Positions 9,888-20,800 of a stretch of DNA of 64,000 nucleotides are shown piece by piece. The notes under the pieces are model-generated. The model saw only the letters and a list, made by a program, of their open reading frames with translations, made no database searches and was not told where the DNA came from. The number at the start of each line of letters is the position of its first letter. The stretch's first letter is position 1. The translations under genes and the position numbers were made by a program. This DNA comes from an uncultured Succiniclasticum sp. (lineage in GTDB: Bacteria; Bacillota; Negativicutes; Acidaminococcales; Acidaminococcaceae): assembly GCA_905235335.1 (NCBI GenBank), contig CAJOKZ010000021.1, positions 23,622-87,621 on the forward strand. The letters run 5' to 3'.

Positions 9888-10031
9888 TTATTGAACTATT
9901 TCAAAAAAATTATTAAGAATATTATCGCACACTAACAAATTGTTTGTCAGTAAAGAAATCTGTCAAAACAGGAATGCTCATTTAATTTCAAGATACACAT
10001 ATAACAATCATGATTTTTTTAGCCGGCGCCG

Positions 10032-11369
10032 TTACACCATCGCACAATGGGCAGCCACTGCCTCAAACGCCGTCAGCGAACGGTGGGCTAACATTTCATT
10101 GCGGAATCTGCGCTTCCGTACCCTTTTTTCCAACGGAGGCATGATGCCATAGTTCACGTTCATAGGCTGAAAATCCGTAATGGCAGGATTACTGATATAA
10201 TGGGCCAGCGCCCCCATTGCCGTTATATTTGGAAAATCAATGGCCGGTAGTCCCTTTTGCGCGCACACTGCCTGAATACCCGCCATCAGTCCGGACGCAG
10301 CAGACTCCACATATCCCTCAACCCCGGTCATCTGCCCCGCAAAAAAGAATTTTGGATTTGCCCGAAGACGGAAATCTGCATTCAGCAGCTGCGGCGAATT
10401 CAGATAGGTATTCTTGTGCATGACGCCATAGCGCACAAATTCCGCATTTTCCAATCCGGGAATCATTCGAAAGACCCTCTTTTGCTCCGGCCATTTCAAA
10501 TGGGTCTGGAAGCCCACCAAATTATACAACGTTCCTGCAGCATTATCTTGCCGCAGCTGCACCACTGCGTAAGCCTCCCTGCCATTTCGCGGATCCTTTA
10601 GTCCGATGGGTTTCAACGGTCCGAAGCGCATGGTGTCTTCGCCCCTGTATGCCATTTCTTCGATGGGCATACAGCCTTCAAACACATTATGTTCAAAATC
10701 CTTTATCTCCGCCGTTTCCGCGGTCTTAAGCGCTTCAAAAAAAGCAATATATTTTTCCTTTGAATAAAACGGGCAGTTCAGGTATGCCGCCTCCCCTTTG
10801 CCGTAACGGGAAGCCCGGTAGATAATATCATAATTAAGGGAATCTCCCTCTACAATAGGCGCAGCCGCGTCAAAGAAGTGCAGATACTCCGCATCGACCA
10901 TGCTCCGGATTGCGGCACTCAGCGCAGGGGATGTCAAGGGTCCGCTGGCAAAAATCACAAGTCCTTCCAATCCAGCCGGATCTGTCACCTCTTCTTCCAC
11001 TACCGTTATTAGCGGATGTTGCCGTATGAATTGCGTCACCGCCAGAGAAAACCCCTCCCGGTCCACAGCCAGAGCGCCGCCGGCAGGAACCTGGTGTGCA
11101 TCAGCCGCCTGCATAATGAGAGAATCCAAACGCCGCATCTCTTCTTTCAAAAGCCCTACAGCATTTTCCACATTGGCTGCCCGGAACGAATTACTACATA
11201 CCAGTTCCGCAAACAGACCGGTTTTGTGAGCCGGACTGGTTTTGGCCGGACGCATCTCGTGCAAGATCACTGGGATACCTCGGCGGATAATCTGCCAGGC
11301 GGCCTCGCTCCCCGCAAGCCCTGCTCCAATAATATGGATCGGTCTGTTCTGTTCTATCATTTCTGCCAT
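10032..11369 (-). CDS. trmFO: methylenetetrahydrofolate--tRNA-(uracil54-C5)-methyltransferase TrmFO (Gid)
   Basis: [19 protein letters not shown]-binding fold and strong TrmFO-like sequence throughout. The start MAEMIEQ has an AGGAG RBS. Confidence 0.95.
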   Translation of the reverse strand: MAEMIEQNRPIHIIGAGLAGSEAAWQIIRRGIPVILHEMRPAKTSPAHKTGLFAELVCSNSFRAANVENAVGLLKEEMRRLDSLIMQAADAHQVPAGGALAVDREGFSLAVTQFIRQHPLITVVEEEVTDPAGLEGLVIFASGPLTSPALSAAIRSMVDAEYLHFFDAAAPIVEGDSLNYDIIYRASRYGKGEAAYLNCPFYSKEKYIAFFEALKTAETAEIKDFEHNVFEGCMPIEEMAYRGEDTMRFGPLKPIGLKDPRNGREAYAVVQLRQDNAAGTLYNLVGFQTHLKWPEQKRVFRMIPGLENAEFVRYGVMHKNTYLNSPQLLNADFRLRANPKFFFAGQMTGVEGYVESAASGLMAGIQAVCAQKGLPAIDFPNITAMGALAHYISNPAITDFQPMNVNYGIMPPLEKRVRKRRFRNEMLAHRSLTAFEAVAAHCAMV

Positions 11370-11530
11370 GATATTTCTCCTTGTTTTATAGCAACACTGA
11401 TGCAACAAGTTTGTGTGATTGTTGATGGATTTTTCCATTGACTGGAACCGATGCCAAAGGTGCAACGAATGCTGCAGATTGGAACCTTTTCATAAAAACA
11501 GGAGGATTGTCCATCCTCCTGTTTGGTATG

Positions 11531-13762
11531 TTACTCTTTTTTCTTCCTTCCGGAAGATTTTCTTGCCGTTCTCTTTTGGGTCACAGGTTTCCTTCCTGCC
11601 TTTTTTTTCTGTTTCGCTATCCCGGATTTTTCCGTTTCTTCTCCATCCGCCAAAGAAGCCGTTGTCACCTTCTTTTTTCGACCCACGTGTTTAGGCGCCG
11701 CATTTTCACATTCCGGATCAGAGCAGAAATATTTTACATTACCGCTATTATCCCTGCGTTCCACCAGCTGTTTCCCGCAGACAGGGCACGGCAAGCTGGT
11801 AGGCTTATCCCAAGACACAAAATCACATTCCGGATAATTTTCACAACCGTAAAATACGCGCCCCGTCCGAGTACGACGTTCCGTCACTTCTTTACCGCAT
11901 TTGGGGCAGGAAACTCCAATCTTAACCAACAGAGGTTTGGTATTATGGCAGAGAGGGAACCCGGAGCAAGCCTGAAATTTACCGAAGCGGCCCTCACGGA
12001 TTACCATATCCTTCCCGCACAACTCACATTTTTCACCGCTTAGTTGCAGCGGCGGTGGATCCTTAGGAATGACCTTGTCTGCTTCCTCCAGCAGTTTTTC
12101 AAAGGGAATATAAAAGTCCGCCAGTATTTTTTCTTTGTCCGTCTGTTTCGCCGCAATGGCGTCCAATTCATTTTCCATATGGGCGGAGTACGGAATATTG
12201 ATAATCTCACCGAAATACCCCGTCAGCATATCCGCCACCTTGACGCCCAACTCCGTAGCCATAAGCTTCTTCCCTTCCCGGACTACATAGCCTCGGGTTT
12301 GAATGGTCTGGATGATTGGGGAATAGGTAGATGGACGCCCGATTCCTTCTTCCTCCATCTTCCGTACCAGAGATGCTTCTGTGTAATGGGCGGGCGGTTC
12401 CGTGAAATGCTGCTCGCCAGGCAAAACCTTTTGTAGCATAAGGACGGTGCCTGACTTAATAAATGGAACTTCTGCCTGTTTTTCCTCATTCAGTTCTTTT
12501 TTATCAGCAAGACGCAGATATCCGTCAAAGACCATGACAGACCCGGTAGCCTTCAGCTCGTATCCTGCGGCGCCGATGGTAAGCGTGGTCTGTTCATACT
12601 GTGCCGGCGTCATCTGGCTTGCTACAGCTCTCTCCCAAATCAGTTTGTATAAGAGATACTGTTCTTTCGTCAGATGCGCTTCCATCTCCGAAGGAGTACG
12701 CTCCACAGATGTAGGGCGAATGGCCTCATGCGCGTCCTGGGCGTTGTTTTTATTAGCAAAGACATTGGGTTTTTCCGGGCAATACTTTCCCCCATAACTG
12801 TTTTTTACATAGTCACGGATAGCTCCGGTCGCCTCAGCAGCAAGACGGGTAGAATCAGTTCGCATATACGTAATAAGACCGACGGAACTTCTTCCCAAGC
12901 TGATGCCTTCATACAACTGCTGAGCCACCATCATGGTCCGGCGGGTGGTAAAGTTCAGTTTATGAGAAGCTTCCTGCTGAAGCGTACTGGTCGTGAAAGG
13001 CGGCAGCGCACGGCGAGACACATTTTTACGGAAGGCAGCTTCCACCTTGTAGGAAGCCTGCTGCAAATCCGTTTCCACCTTCAGCGCATCCTGAGCATTA
13101 TGCAGTTCCAGCTTCACGCCGTCTTTTTTATTGACCTCTGCCGTAAAGATCGGTGCTTTCGAATCTTCCCGGAGCTTAGCACGGATGGTCCAAAATTCTT
13201 CAGGAATGAATTCAGCAATGGCCTTGTCTCTGTCTGCAATAATCTTTACCGCCACCGATTGTACACGGCCGGCACTTAATCCCTTGCGTACTTTCCGCCA
13301 CAACAGCGGACTCAGTTTATAGCCTACCAGACGATCGATAATACGCCTTGTCTGCTGGGCGTCAACCATGGCTGTATCAATGGCGCGCGGATGTTTTAAA
13401 GCTTCCTTCACAGCATTCGCCGTAATTTCATGAAACTCAATCCGGCAGAGTTCTGTGTCGTCCAGACCCAGGATGTGGGCCAGATGCCAACTGATGGCCT
13501 CCCCCTCCCGGTCAGGGTCGGTTGCCAGATAAACTTTATCCGCCTTGGCGGCTTCCGATTTTAATTCTCTAATCAAACTTCCTTTACCGCGGATATTTAT
13601 ATATTTCGGCTCAAACCCATGCTCCACATCTACACCCAATGTGCTTTTAGGTAAATCACGAAGATGCCCCATGGAAGCACTGACAGCGTAATTCCTTCCT
13701 AAAAATTTTGTAATTGTTTTCGATTTGGTCGGTGACTCGACAATAATCAGATTTTTTTTCAT
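11531..13762 (-). CDS. topA: DNA topoisomerase I (type IA)
   Basis: TOPRIM N-terminus MKKNLIIVESPTKSKTI. Active-site region ITYMRTDS. Three C-terminal Cys4 zinc ribbons followed by a Lys-rich tail. Confidence 0.95.
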   Translation of the reverse strand: MKKNLIIVESPTKSKTITKFLGRNYAVSASMGHLRDLPKSTLGVDVEHGFEPKYINIRGKGSLIRELKSEAAKADKVYLATDPDREGEAISWHLAHILGLDDTELCRIEFHEITANAVKEALKHPRAIDTAMVDAQQTRRIIDRLVGYKLSPLLWRKVRKGLSAGRVQSVAVKIIADRDKAIAEFIPEEFWTIRAKLREDSKAPIFTAEVNKKDGVKLELHNAQDALKVETDLQQASYKVEAAFRKNVSRRALPPFTTSTLQQEASHKLNFTTRRTMMVAQQLYEGISLGRSSVGLITYMRTDSTRLAAEATGAIRDYVKNSYGGKYCPEKPNVFANKNNAQDAHEAIRPTSVERTPSEMEAHLTKEQYLLYKLIWERAVASQMTPAQYEQTTLTIGAAGYELKATGSVMVFDGYLRLADKKELNEEKQAEVPFIKSGTVLMLQKVLPGEQHFTEPPAHYTEASLVRKMEEEGIGRPSTYSPIIQTIQTRGYVVREGKKLMATELGVKVADMLTGYFGEIINIPYSAHMENELDAIAAKQTDKEKILADFYIPFEKLLEEADKVIPKDPPPLQLSGEKCELCGKDMVIREGRFGKFQACSGFPLCHNTKPLLVKIGVSCPKCGKEVTERRTRTGRVFYGCENYPECDFVSWDKPTSLPCPVCGKQLVERRDNSGNVKYFCSDPECENAAPKHVGRKKKVTTASLADGEETEKSGIAKQKKKAGRKPVTQKRTARKSSGRKKKE

Positions 13763-13820
13763 ACTTCCTCCAGAAAAAATATATCAGTATATTACGTGAG
13801 ATAACTTGGAAAACAGCCTG

Positions 13821-14927
13821 TCAGGCCTGTACATATCGCTGCGAGGCATCCATTTCCACAAAGCCTTTTAACTGCAGTTCCAGTAAGATGACACTCATAT
13901 CCGCAACCTTCCAGCCGGTAGCAGATACTAACTGGTCCAGCGTTTGTGGTCCCTGGGTCAGAATGTCCAGCACACGGCGCTGAGATTTTGAGCATACGCA
14001 GGAAGGCACCGTATCGTCCTCCCCCATGAACAGATTAGAGTGAGCTTCACCTCGCAACTCCGGGAACATTTCTTCCAGAACGTCTTGCGGTGAATCAGTC
14101 AACCGGGCGCCATCCTTGATCAATTTATGGGATCCTGCACTTTTATCCGAAAAAATGTTGCCCGGAACACAAAACACCTCGCGGCCTTCATCCATGGCAA
14201 ACTCCGCTGTAATAAGTGCGCCGCTGCGGGCTGCCGCTTCAACCAGAATAACACCCCGGCTGATACCACTAATAATCCGGTTCCGTTCCGGAAAGTGATA
14301 AGGTTTTGGTTCTGTTCCTGGCGGATATTCCGAAACCAGTGCTCCCTGTTCCGCAATTTCTGCGAACAGCCGTTGATTCGCAGGGGGATAAGCCATATCC
14401 ACACCACATCCCAGGACGGCGACCGTTTTTCCGCCTCCCTGCAGAGCTCCCTGATGGGATGCCGTGTCGATACCCTTTGCGCCTCCGCTGACAATGACAA
14501 TGCCAGCCTCTGCCAACACCTTGCCAAAAAATCCCGCTGTCTTCAGTCCGTAAGCATCTGCCAGCCTCGAACCGACCATTCCAATACTGAACCGGCAGTC
14601 CGGAATCGTACCCTTTACATACAGAGATACCGGTGGATGCAATATCCGCTTCAGACGTTCCGGGTATAATGGAGACACAACAGGCACAACCCGGATATGA
14701 AGCTTTTCACACCGCTCCCACAGCAATTCCGGTAGATGTTCTTTACCCTTTCGACCCTTCACAAACACAGACACGACTTTTGGTGGAACAATTCCGGCAC
14801 CCAGAATATCCGCTTCCGTCGCTTCATATAGTTTCCGCGGGCTGCCAAAAAAATCAGTCAGCGCCAACATCTGCGCCGTGCCAATCCCTTTGGCAGCTCC
14901 CAGTGCGGCCCAGTAAAATTCTTCCAT
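13821..14927 (-). CDS. dprA: DNA-processing protein DprA (Smf)
   Basis: Rossmann-like DprA core GMVGSR..IVSGGAKGIDTASHQGAL. C-terminal winged-helix region. Classic dprA-topA adjacency. Confidence 0.9.
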   Translation of the reverse strand: MEEFYWAALGAAKGIGTAQMLALTDFFGSPRKLYEATEADILGAGIVPPKVVSVFVKGRKGKEHLPELLWERCEKLHIRVVPVVSPLYPERLKRILHPPVSLYVKGTIPDCRFSIGMVGSRLADAYGLKTAGFFGKVLAEAGIVIVSGGAKGIDTASHQGALQGGGKTVAVLGCGVDMAYPPANQRLFAEIAEQGALVSEYPPGTEPKPYHFPERNRIISGISRGVILVEAAARSGALITAEFAMDEGREVFCVPGNIFSDKSAGSHKLIKDGARLTDSPQDVLEEMFPELRGEAHSNLFMGEDDTVPSCVCSKSQRRVLDILTQGPQTLDQLVSATGWKVADMSVILLELQLKGFVEMDASQRYVQA

Positions 14928-15004
14928 ATATGCACCTCATTTCATAATAGAATCTGATTAGTAATATTCATAGCATACTGTATAGTATAAAGTCAATGTA
15001 TTTT

Positions 15005-16297
15005 TCACTTTTCTACATTTAATTTAAATAAATTATTCGTAAACTCCACGATTTTATCCATGGCATCCGGATGACCGAAGGCCTTTTGTCGATCCTCTTG
15101 AAGCTGAAGGCGTTCTTCAACCGGTACGGCAGCGATACGCCGCAGGACATCTGCCAACTGTCCAGCATCTGCCGCAGACTCTACCCCATATTCCCTTTGT
15201 ACAAAAATACTATTGGCCTGTTCCTGTCCCGGCAGCGGGTCGTATAACACAATATGCGCCCCGCAGGCAAGGCATTCCGCTAGTGAAACGCCTCCCGCCT
15301 TGGTGATCACAACGTCTGCGCCACGCATCAACCGTGGCATCTGATCTGTAAAACCAAGCACAGCCAGCGAAGATTCCCTTCTGTAGTTTAATGTGCCTGC
15401 TATATTATCCTGTTCCCGTGTCATAAAGAATGATGTCTCCAGTGATCTTAACCGACGTTGCAGCGCCTCATTGTGTCCCGTCACGGCAATTAAACGAAAA
15501 TGCTTTATCTCTGTTGTGAGTTTCTTATCCAGTTGATCCGAATCATTTAGATTCGCAATGGACTCTGTTCCGGAAGGCACCATTTGACGCAAGATAGTTT
15601 CCATGGGCAGCATCCCCCCGCCGCCACCTGCCAACAAACAGACAAAAGCATCTTCTTCCCAACCGAATTCCTCCCGCAATTTTTTTCGCAAAAGGGTAAT
15701 GTCGACCTCTTCCGAAAAATCTCTGCGGACAGGAATGCCAAAGGCATAAAGCGAAGGCTTCTTGTTTCCTATCTTATCTTTTATCTGGGAAAACAGTTTT
15801 CCGTCTGCCAGAAAATATGCGTCAACCCCCTTGCAGACAAGCCAACGGTGTACGGTAAAATCTGTCACTATGACGCCTAACCAAAGATTCGGATCATATT
15901 TTTCCTTGTAAAGGGACATGATCCCTGTCGACGTAGCATGGGTACTGAACACGATATCCGGCTGGACCCCGTCAATATAGGACTTACCTAATCGCAGCAA
16001 CACAGTGTTAATCAGGCTTCGCATCCCCAGGGATGTTCCTCCCTGGTTCCCCCACCGATAGGTGAAGGCATAAAGACAGGGACAAAATTTTAAAATTTTT
16101 TCGTAGGTTCTTAAAAAAATCGTACCCAGTATGGAAGGAAAAAAATGAAAGATATTCCCCTGCACCACGTCCGTGTTACCGAGGCGTGACAAAGCCTCCC
16201 CAATGGCTTCAGCTGCCATCCGATGCCCACTGCCGATGGGGGCAGAAAGAATTAGTATCTTCTTTTTTCCTGTTTCAGTCCGTATCAGGTTATCCAT
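15005..16297 (-). CDS. diacylglycerol glycosyltransferase (MGDG synthase / UgtP-like, GT28 family)
   Basis: KKILILSAPIGSGHRMAAEAI N-terminal MGDG-synthase motif and a C-terminal GT-B domain (ITKAGGVSLAECLACGAHIVL). I chose the start at MDNLIRT. Confidence 0.7.
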   Translation of the reverse strand: MDNLIRTETGKKKILILSAPIGSGHRMAAEAIGEALSRLGNTDVVQGNIFHFFPSILGTIFLRTYEKILKFCPCLYAFTYRWGNQGGTSLGMRSLINTVLLRLGKSYIDGVQPDIVFSTHATSTGIMSLYKEKYDPNLWLGVIVTDFTVHRWLVCKGVDAYFLADGKLFSQIKDKIGNKKPSLYAFGIPVRRDFSEEVDITLLRKKLREEFGWEEDAFVCLLAGGGGGMLPMETILRQMVPSGTESIANLNDSDQLDKKLTTEIKHFRLIAVTGHNEALQRRLRSLETSFFMTREQDNIAGTLNYRRESSLAVLGFTDQMPRLMRGADVVITKAGGVSLAECLACGAHIVLYDPLPGQEQANSIFVQREYGVESAADAGQLADVLRRIAAVPVEERLQLQEDRQKAFGHPDAMDKIVEFTNNLFKLNVEK

Positions 16298-16451
16298 GTT
16301 ATGTCTTTTCTGAAGATGTCTCAGATTCCCTTCCGGAAATCCATGCTGTATTGATATCGCCATTCGTGGTAAAATATAATTGTTATTAATATCTTTTATA
16401 ACACGCTTTACTATACATTACATTTGAAAAATATGCAAGGAGCCATATTCC

Positions 16452-17714
16452 ATGAGTAACTTAAATTCCACCCCTGCAGGAGAACGAACCCATATAGGAT
16501 TATTTGGCCGCAGGAATGCAGGCAAGTCTAGCCTGATCAATGCGTTGACCGGCCAGAACCTGGCAGTCGTAGCCGATGTGCCGGGAACCACCACAGACCC
16601 CGTATTAAAAGCCATGGAACTGCTCCCCCTGGGGCCGGTCCTGATGATGGATACGGCAGGAATTGATGACACAGGAGAACTTGGAGCGCTGCGAGTACAG
16701 AAATCATTGCAAATTCTAAATAAAACGGATATCGCTATCGTGGTCATTGACAGCACGACAGGATTCACGGAAGAAGAGCAGAAACTTCTAAAACAGATCC
16801 GGGACAAGAAACTATCCTGCGTCGTTGTGTTCACCAAAGCCGATCTGGCAAAAACCACAGATACTTCTACACAAGGTTCGGAATACACAAATAAAAAAAA
16901 TGTCGAAAAAGAAGTCATCCCGTCTTTCATTCCGCAGATTTCCGTTAGCGCGACCACGGGCAAAAACATACACGAACTGAAGGAACTGCTGGCCCACTTG
17001 GTGCCTCAGAAAAAAACACCCTATCCAATCTGCGCAGACCTGGTCCAGGTCGGTGATACGGTTCTGCTTGTAACTCCCATCGACAGTGCCGCCCCCAAGG
17101 GGCGGCTCATCCTGCCTCAGCAACAAACCTTACGGGACATCATCGACGCAGGCGCTTCAGCCATCGTCACGCAGGAAAACAATATTACCCGTGTGCTGGA
17201 AAATTTGAAAACACCACCGGTCATGGTCATCACAGACAGCCAAGCCTTCGAAAAAGTGGACCGGGCGGTTCCCAAGGAAATCAGTCTGACCTCCTTTTCT
17301 ATCCTAATGGCGCGTCACAAAGGAAACCTGAAACAGGCCGTCCTGGGTGTTGCGGCACTGAAAGATGTGGAGGATGGAAACCATATCCTGATTTCTGAAG
17401 GCTGTACCCACCACCGACAATGCGGTGATATCGGCACAGAAAAGCTTCCAAAATGGATCCGTCAATATACAGGTAAGGATTTAATTTTCTCCTGGACCAG
17501 TGGCACTGAGTTCCCCTCTGACCTGTCAGCATACCGGCTCATCATCCACTGCGGCGGTTGCATGCTCAACGAACGGGAAATGCAGTACCGCTACCATTGC
17601 GCTGCCGACCAAGGCATACCCATGACAAATTACGGCCTGTGTATTGCCTTCATCCACGGAATCCTGAAACGTTCCTTGAGCATATTTCCCAATCTTGCAA
17701 AAAAACTGGAATAA
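16452..17714 (+). CDS. hydF: [FeFe]-hydrogenase H-cluster maturation GTPase HydF
   Basis: GTPase G1 GRRNAGKSSLINAL, G3 DTAG and G4 TKAD. C-terminal cluster ligands CTHH...HCGGC are typical of HydF. Confidence 0.85.
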   Translation: MSNLNSTPAGERTHIGLFGRRNAGKSSLINALTGQNLAVVADVPGTTTDPVLKAMELLPLGPVLMMDTAGIDDTGELGALRVQKSLQILNKTDIAIVVIDSTTGFTEEEQKLLKQIRDKKLSCVVVFTKADLAKTTDTSTQGSEYTNKKNVEKEVIPSFIPQISVSATTGKNIHELKELLAHLVPQKKTPYPICADLVQVGDTVLLVTPIDSAAPKGRLILPQQQTLRDIIDAGASAIVTQENNITRVLENLKTPPVMVITDSQAFEKVDRAVPKEISLTSFSILMARHKGNLKQAVLGVAALKDVEDGNHILISEGCTHHRQCGDIGTEKLPKWIRQYTGKDLIFSWTSGTEFPSDLSAYRLIIHCGGCMLNEREMQYRYHCAADQGIPMTNYGLCIAFIHGILKRSLSIFPNLAKKLE

Positions 17715-17747
17715 CCGACAAATAAATACTCCTAACATAAAAAGCGT

Positions 17748-17795
17748 AAAGCCTGTCTGTTCATCCATTGCGAAACAGACAGGCTTTATATTTCT
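17748..17795. terminator. bidirectional terminator between convergent hydF and the RND pump gene
   Basis: Perfect 14-bp stem aaagcctgtctgtt / aacagacaggcttt with a 12-nt loop. The flanks are A/T-rich. Confidence 0.8.
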
Positions 17796-17847
17796 AAATG
17801 ATTGTATGGTATTCATAACCGTAACGATGACCGAAAATACATTCCCG

Positions 17848-20800
17848 CTATTCTTCGTTTTTAATCCTAAATATCATGCAGTACACGACCGGCAAAACGA
17901 TCAGTGTGATCATTGTAGCCAAAGTCAGCCCGCAGGAGATCGCAATAGCCATACCTCGCCAAAAATCGCTGGGGAACATGGGAATTAGGCCTAGCACAGT
18001 CGTCAGGGCGGTCAGCATGATAGGACGGAAACGCACGATGACGCTTTCTTTCACCGCCTTAAGCGAGGTCATACCCTGGGCCATATGCTGGTCGATCTGG
18101 TCAATCAGCACCGTCGCATTACGGATAATTGTCCCTACCAGGGCAAGCGCACCTAATTCCGCCATGATGCCTAACGGCGTATTAAACAGGAACAATCCTA
18201 CAATGACGCCAACAAACCCCAAAGGTGCTGTACATATGGCCACAAAAACCTTTCTCACATCCTTCAGCATGAGCATCAGCAAGATAAGCATGATGCACAG
18301 CATGGCGGGAACGGGCTTCAGTATGGCAGCCACGGATTTTGCACTTTTTTCTGAAGGGCCTCCAATCTCTACGCTCACACCGGAAGGCAGGTTCTTTCGC
18401 ATGTCTTTCGCTGATTCCATGATCTGATTCGTCACATCATTGCCGGTGACATTGTCCACGATTCCTGCGTTGACCGTGACGGTAGGACGCAGGTTGCGCC
18501 TCCAGATCATGCCGTCCTCATTCTCGTAGCTGAGATAGGCCACCTGATCCAGTTGCACAGATCCTCTGGAAGTGGGAATGGTCATAGCACCCAAATCACT
18601 TATATTCTGATGATCCTTCGGCTCCAACCGAAATACGATATCAATGGCTTGGTCGTCTTCATAATACTGACTGATGCTATAACCGCTGATTTCTGCATAC
18701 AGTGCTGCTGCCACGGTTTTCCTTGTTAGTCCCATCTGGCGAAGTTTGTCATCGTCTAGTTCCACTCTGACAGCAGGCGCCTTTTCCATCCAGTCAAACC
18801 GTACCATGGTGACATTTTTGTTCGCCAGCATGATATCCTTTAGTTTACCGGCATACTCTTTAGCCTGTTCATCAGAAGATGCACTGACACGGATCATGAC
18901 CGGATAAGGCGTAGGCGGTCCCAACGGGATGGAACGGGAATAGCTCTGCACATCAGGAAAATGCTCCTCTACCATCGCCTTGATTTTCTTCTCCAGGGTC
19001 TTGCGCGCTTCAAGATCTTTTGCAACGACCACCAGCTGGGCGTAATTTTCCCGGGGTTGAACCGGATCGATGACGAGCACGAAACGGGGACTACTCTTAC
19101 CCACATAGGTTGAAATGCTTTCCACGCCGTCCTCTTTCATGACCATGTCAGTTAACCGGCGCGCTGCCTCATCACTGGCTTGCAGACTGGATCCTTCCGG
19201 CAGGTTCATTTCCACCAGAAGTTCTGGCCTCACAGAGGCGGGGAAAAATTCCTGTTTCAACAGTTTTACCATCAAAAGACTTCCAAAGAACAGGCCTGCC
19301 GTAATGATGATGACGGCAATGCGATGTTCAAGAGACCAGTTCAGCAAACTACGAAACCCATCGTAAAATCCGCCCTGATACATGGTCTTTTCAGCATCAT
19401 CCGATCCCATCGTCTCTTCCTTTTTAATCCAGGAATGAGCCAGCGCCGGGGCTACAGTAGCCGATATCAGCCAACTGCTCATCAGGGTAATGGTGATGAC
19501 TGTGAAGAGGCTGCCTGCATATTCACCTACGCTGGATTTGGCAAAGGCAATGGGCATAAAGCTGACGCAGGTAATCATGGTTCCAGTCAGCAAAGGCTTG
19601 GCACAGCTCTCAAAAGCGAAGGAACAGGCTTTGATTCGATCCCATCCTTCGTTAATCTTAGTTTCGATCATTTCCACAACGACAACGGAGTCATCCACCA
19701 GCATACCAAGGGACACAATCAGAGCTCCCAACGACAGCTTATGCAGATCGATGCCTCCCATAAACATGCCCACCATACTGCACAGCAACACCAGCGGAAT
19801 GCAGACAGAAATGACGTACCCGCTCTCCCGGCCCAGCGTCATCAAACTGACCACCAGCACAATGAGAATCGCTTCCACCAGACCTTCCATAAATTCATTG
19901 ATTGCGTTCTTTACGACCTGAGGTTGATTCAGAACCTGATTCAACTCAAAACCCAAAGGAAGGTCTTTTCGGATTTCCGCAACCTTGTTTGCCAAATTCT
20001 CTCCCAAGTCCAAATTGTTTCCGCCATCCACCATGGAGATGGCAATACCCACTGCAGGTTTCCCATTAAAATACATCTTCGGATCACCCGGATCCGCATA
20101 TTCCCGTTTGACTGCAGCAATATCCCCCAGGCGCAAAGTACGACCGTTTCCACTGATTGGGAGATTCTCAATATTTTTTACCGTATCGGGGATCCCTGTC
20201 AACCGCAGATATGTATTGAACTGTCCGTCATGCTTCATAGCCGCCGCAGCGATGGAGGTCTCCGCCTGGATAACAGCCGCTAGTTGATCCACGCCCATCC
20301 CCAGCTGGGACAACTTTTCATTATCTGCCTGAATATAAATTTTTTCCGGCTGTACGCCTAATAGCTCCACCTTCTTAACGTCCGGCACCAGCACGAACTG
20401 ATCCTTGATATCGCTGGCCACCTTGCGCATATCCTCGTAAGAAAAACCATCAGAGGTAATGGCATAGACATTGCCGAATACATCATCAAAATGATCGTCA
20501 AAAAAAGGCCCGTACATATCGGCCGGCAGTGTACGTCGCTTATCGGTTACTAGGTTCCGGACCTCCTGCCAGCGTAATCGGGTTGTCGCAGCAGAAACGT
20601 TCTCCTTCAGATATACATTGACCACGCTTACACCCGGACGGGAGTAACTGGTAACATAATCCAGGTCAGGCACGGTCTGCGCAATCTTTTCAATTTTATC
20701 GGTCACCTGCATCTCCATCTGCTTGGCAGTAGCCCCTGGCCAGGAAGCGGAAATGACCATCTGCTTTACCGTAAAGTTAGGGTCCTCCTGCCGTCCCAGC

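Noticed and set aside
11438-13279. Several 130-200-aa plus-strand ORFs across topA
   Set aside because: They are antisense shadow ORFs of the topoisomerase I gene and show no independent coding signal.
19180-20283. 367-aa plus-strand ORF (plus others at 17876-18427 and 19490-19921) inside the RND pump gene
   Set aside because: It is antisense to a 1016-aa RND permease of clear family. The translation is His/Gln/Asn-rich and low-complexity with no start context. I treat these as spurious.
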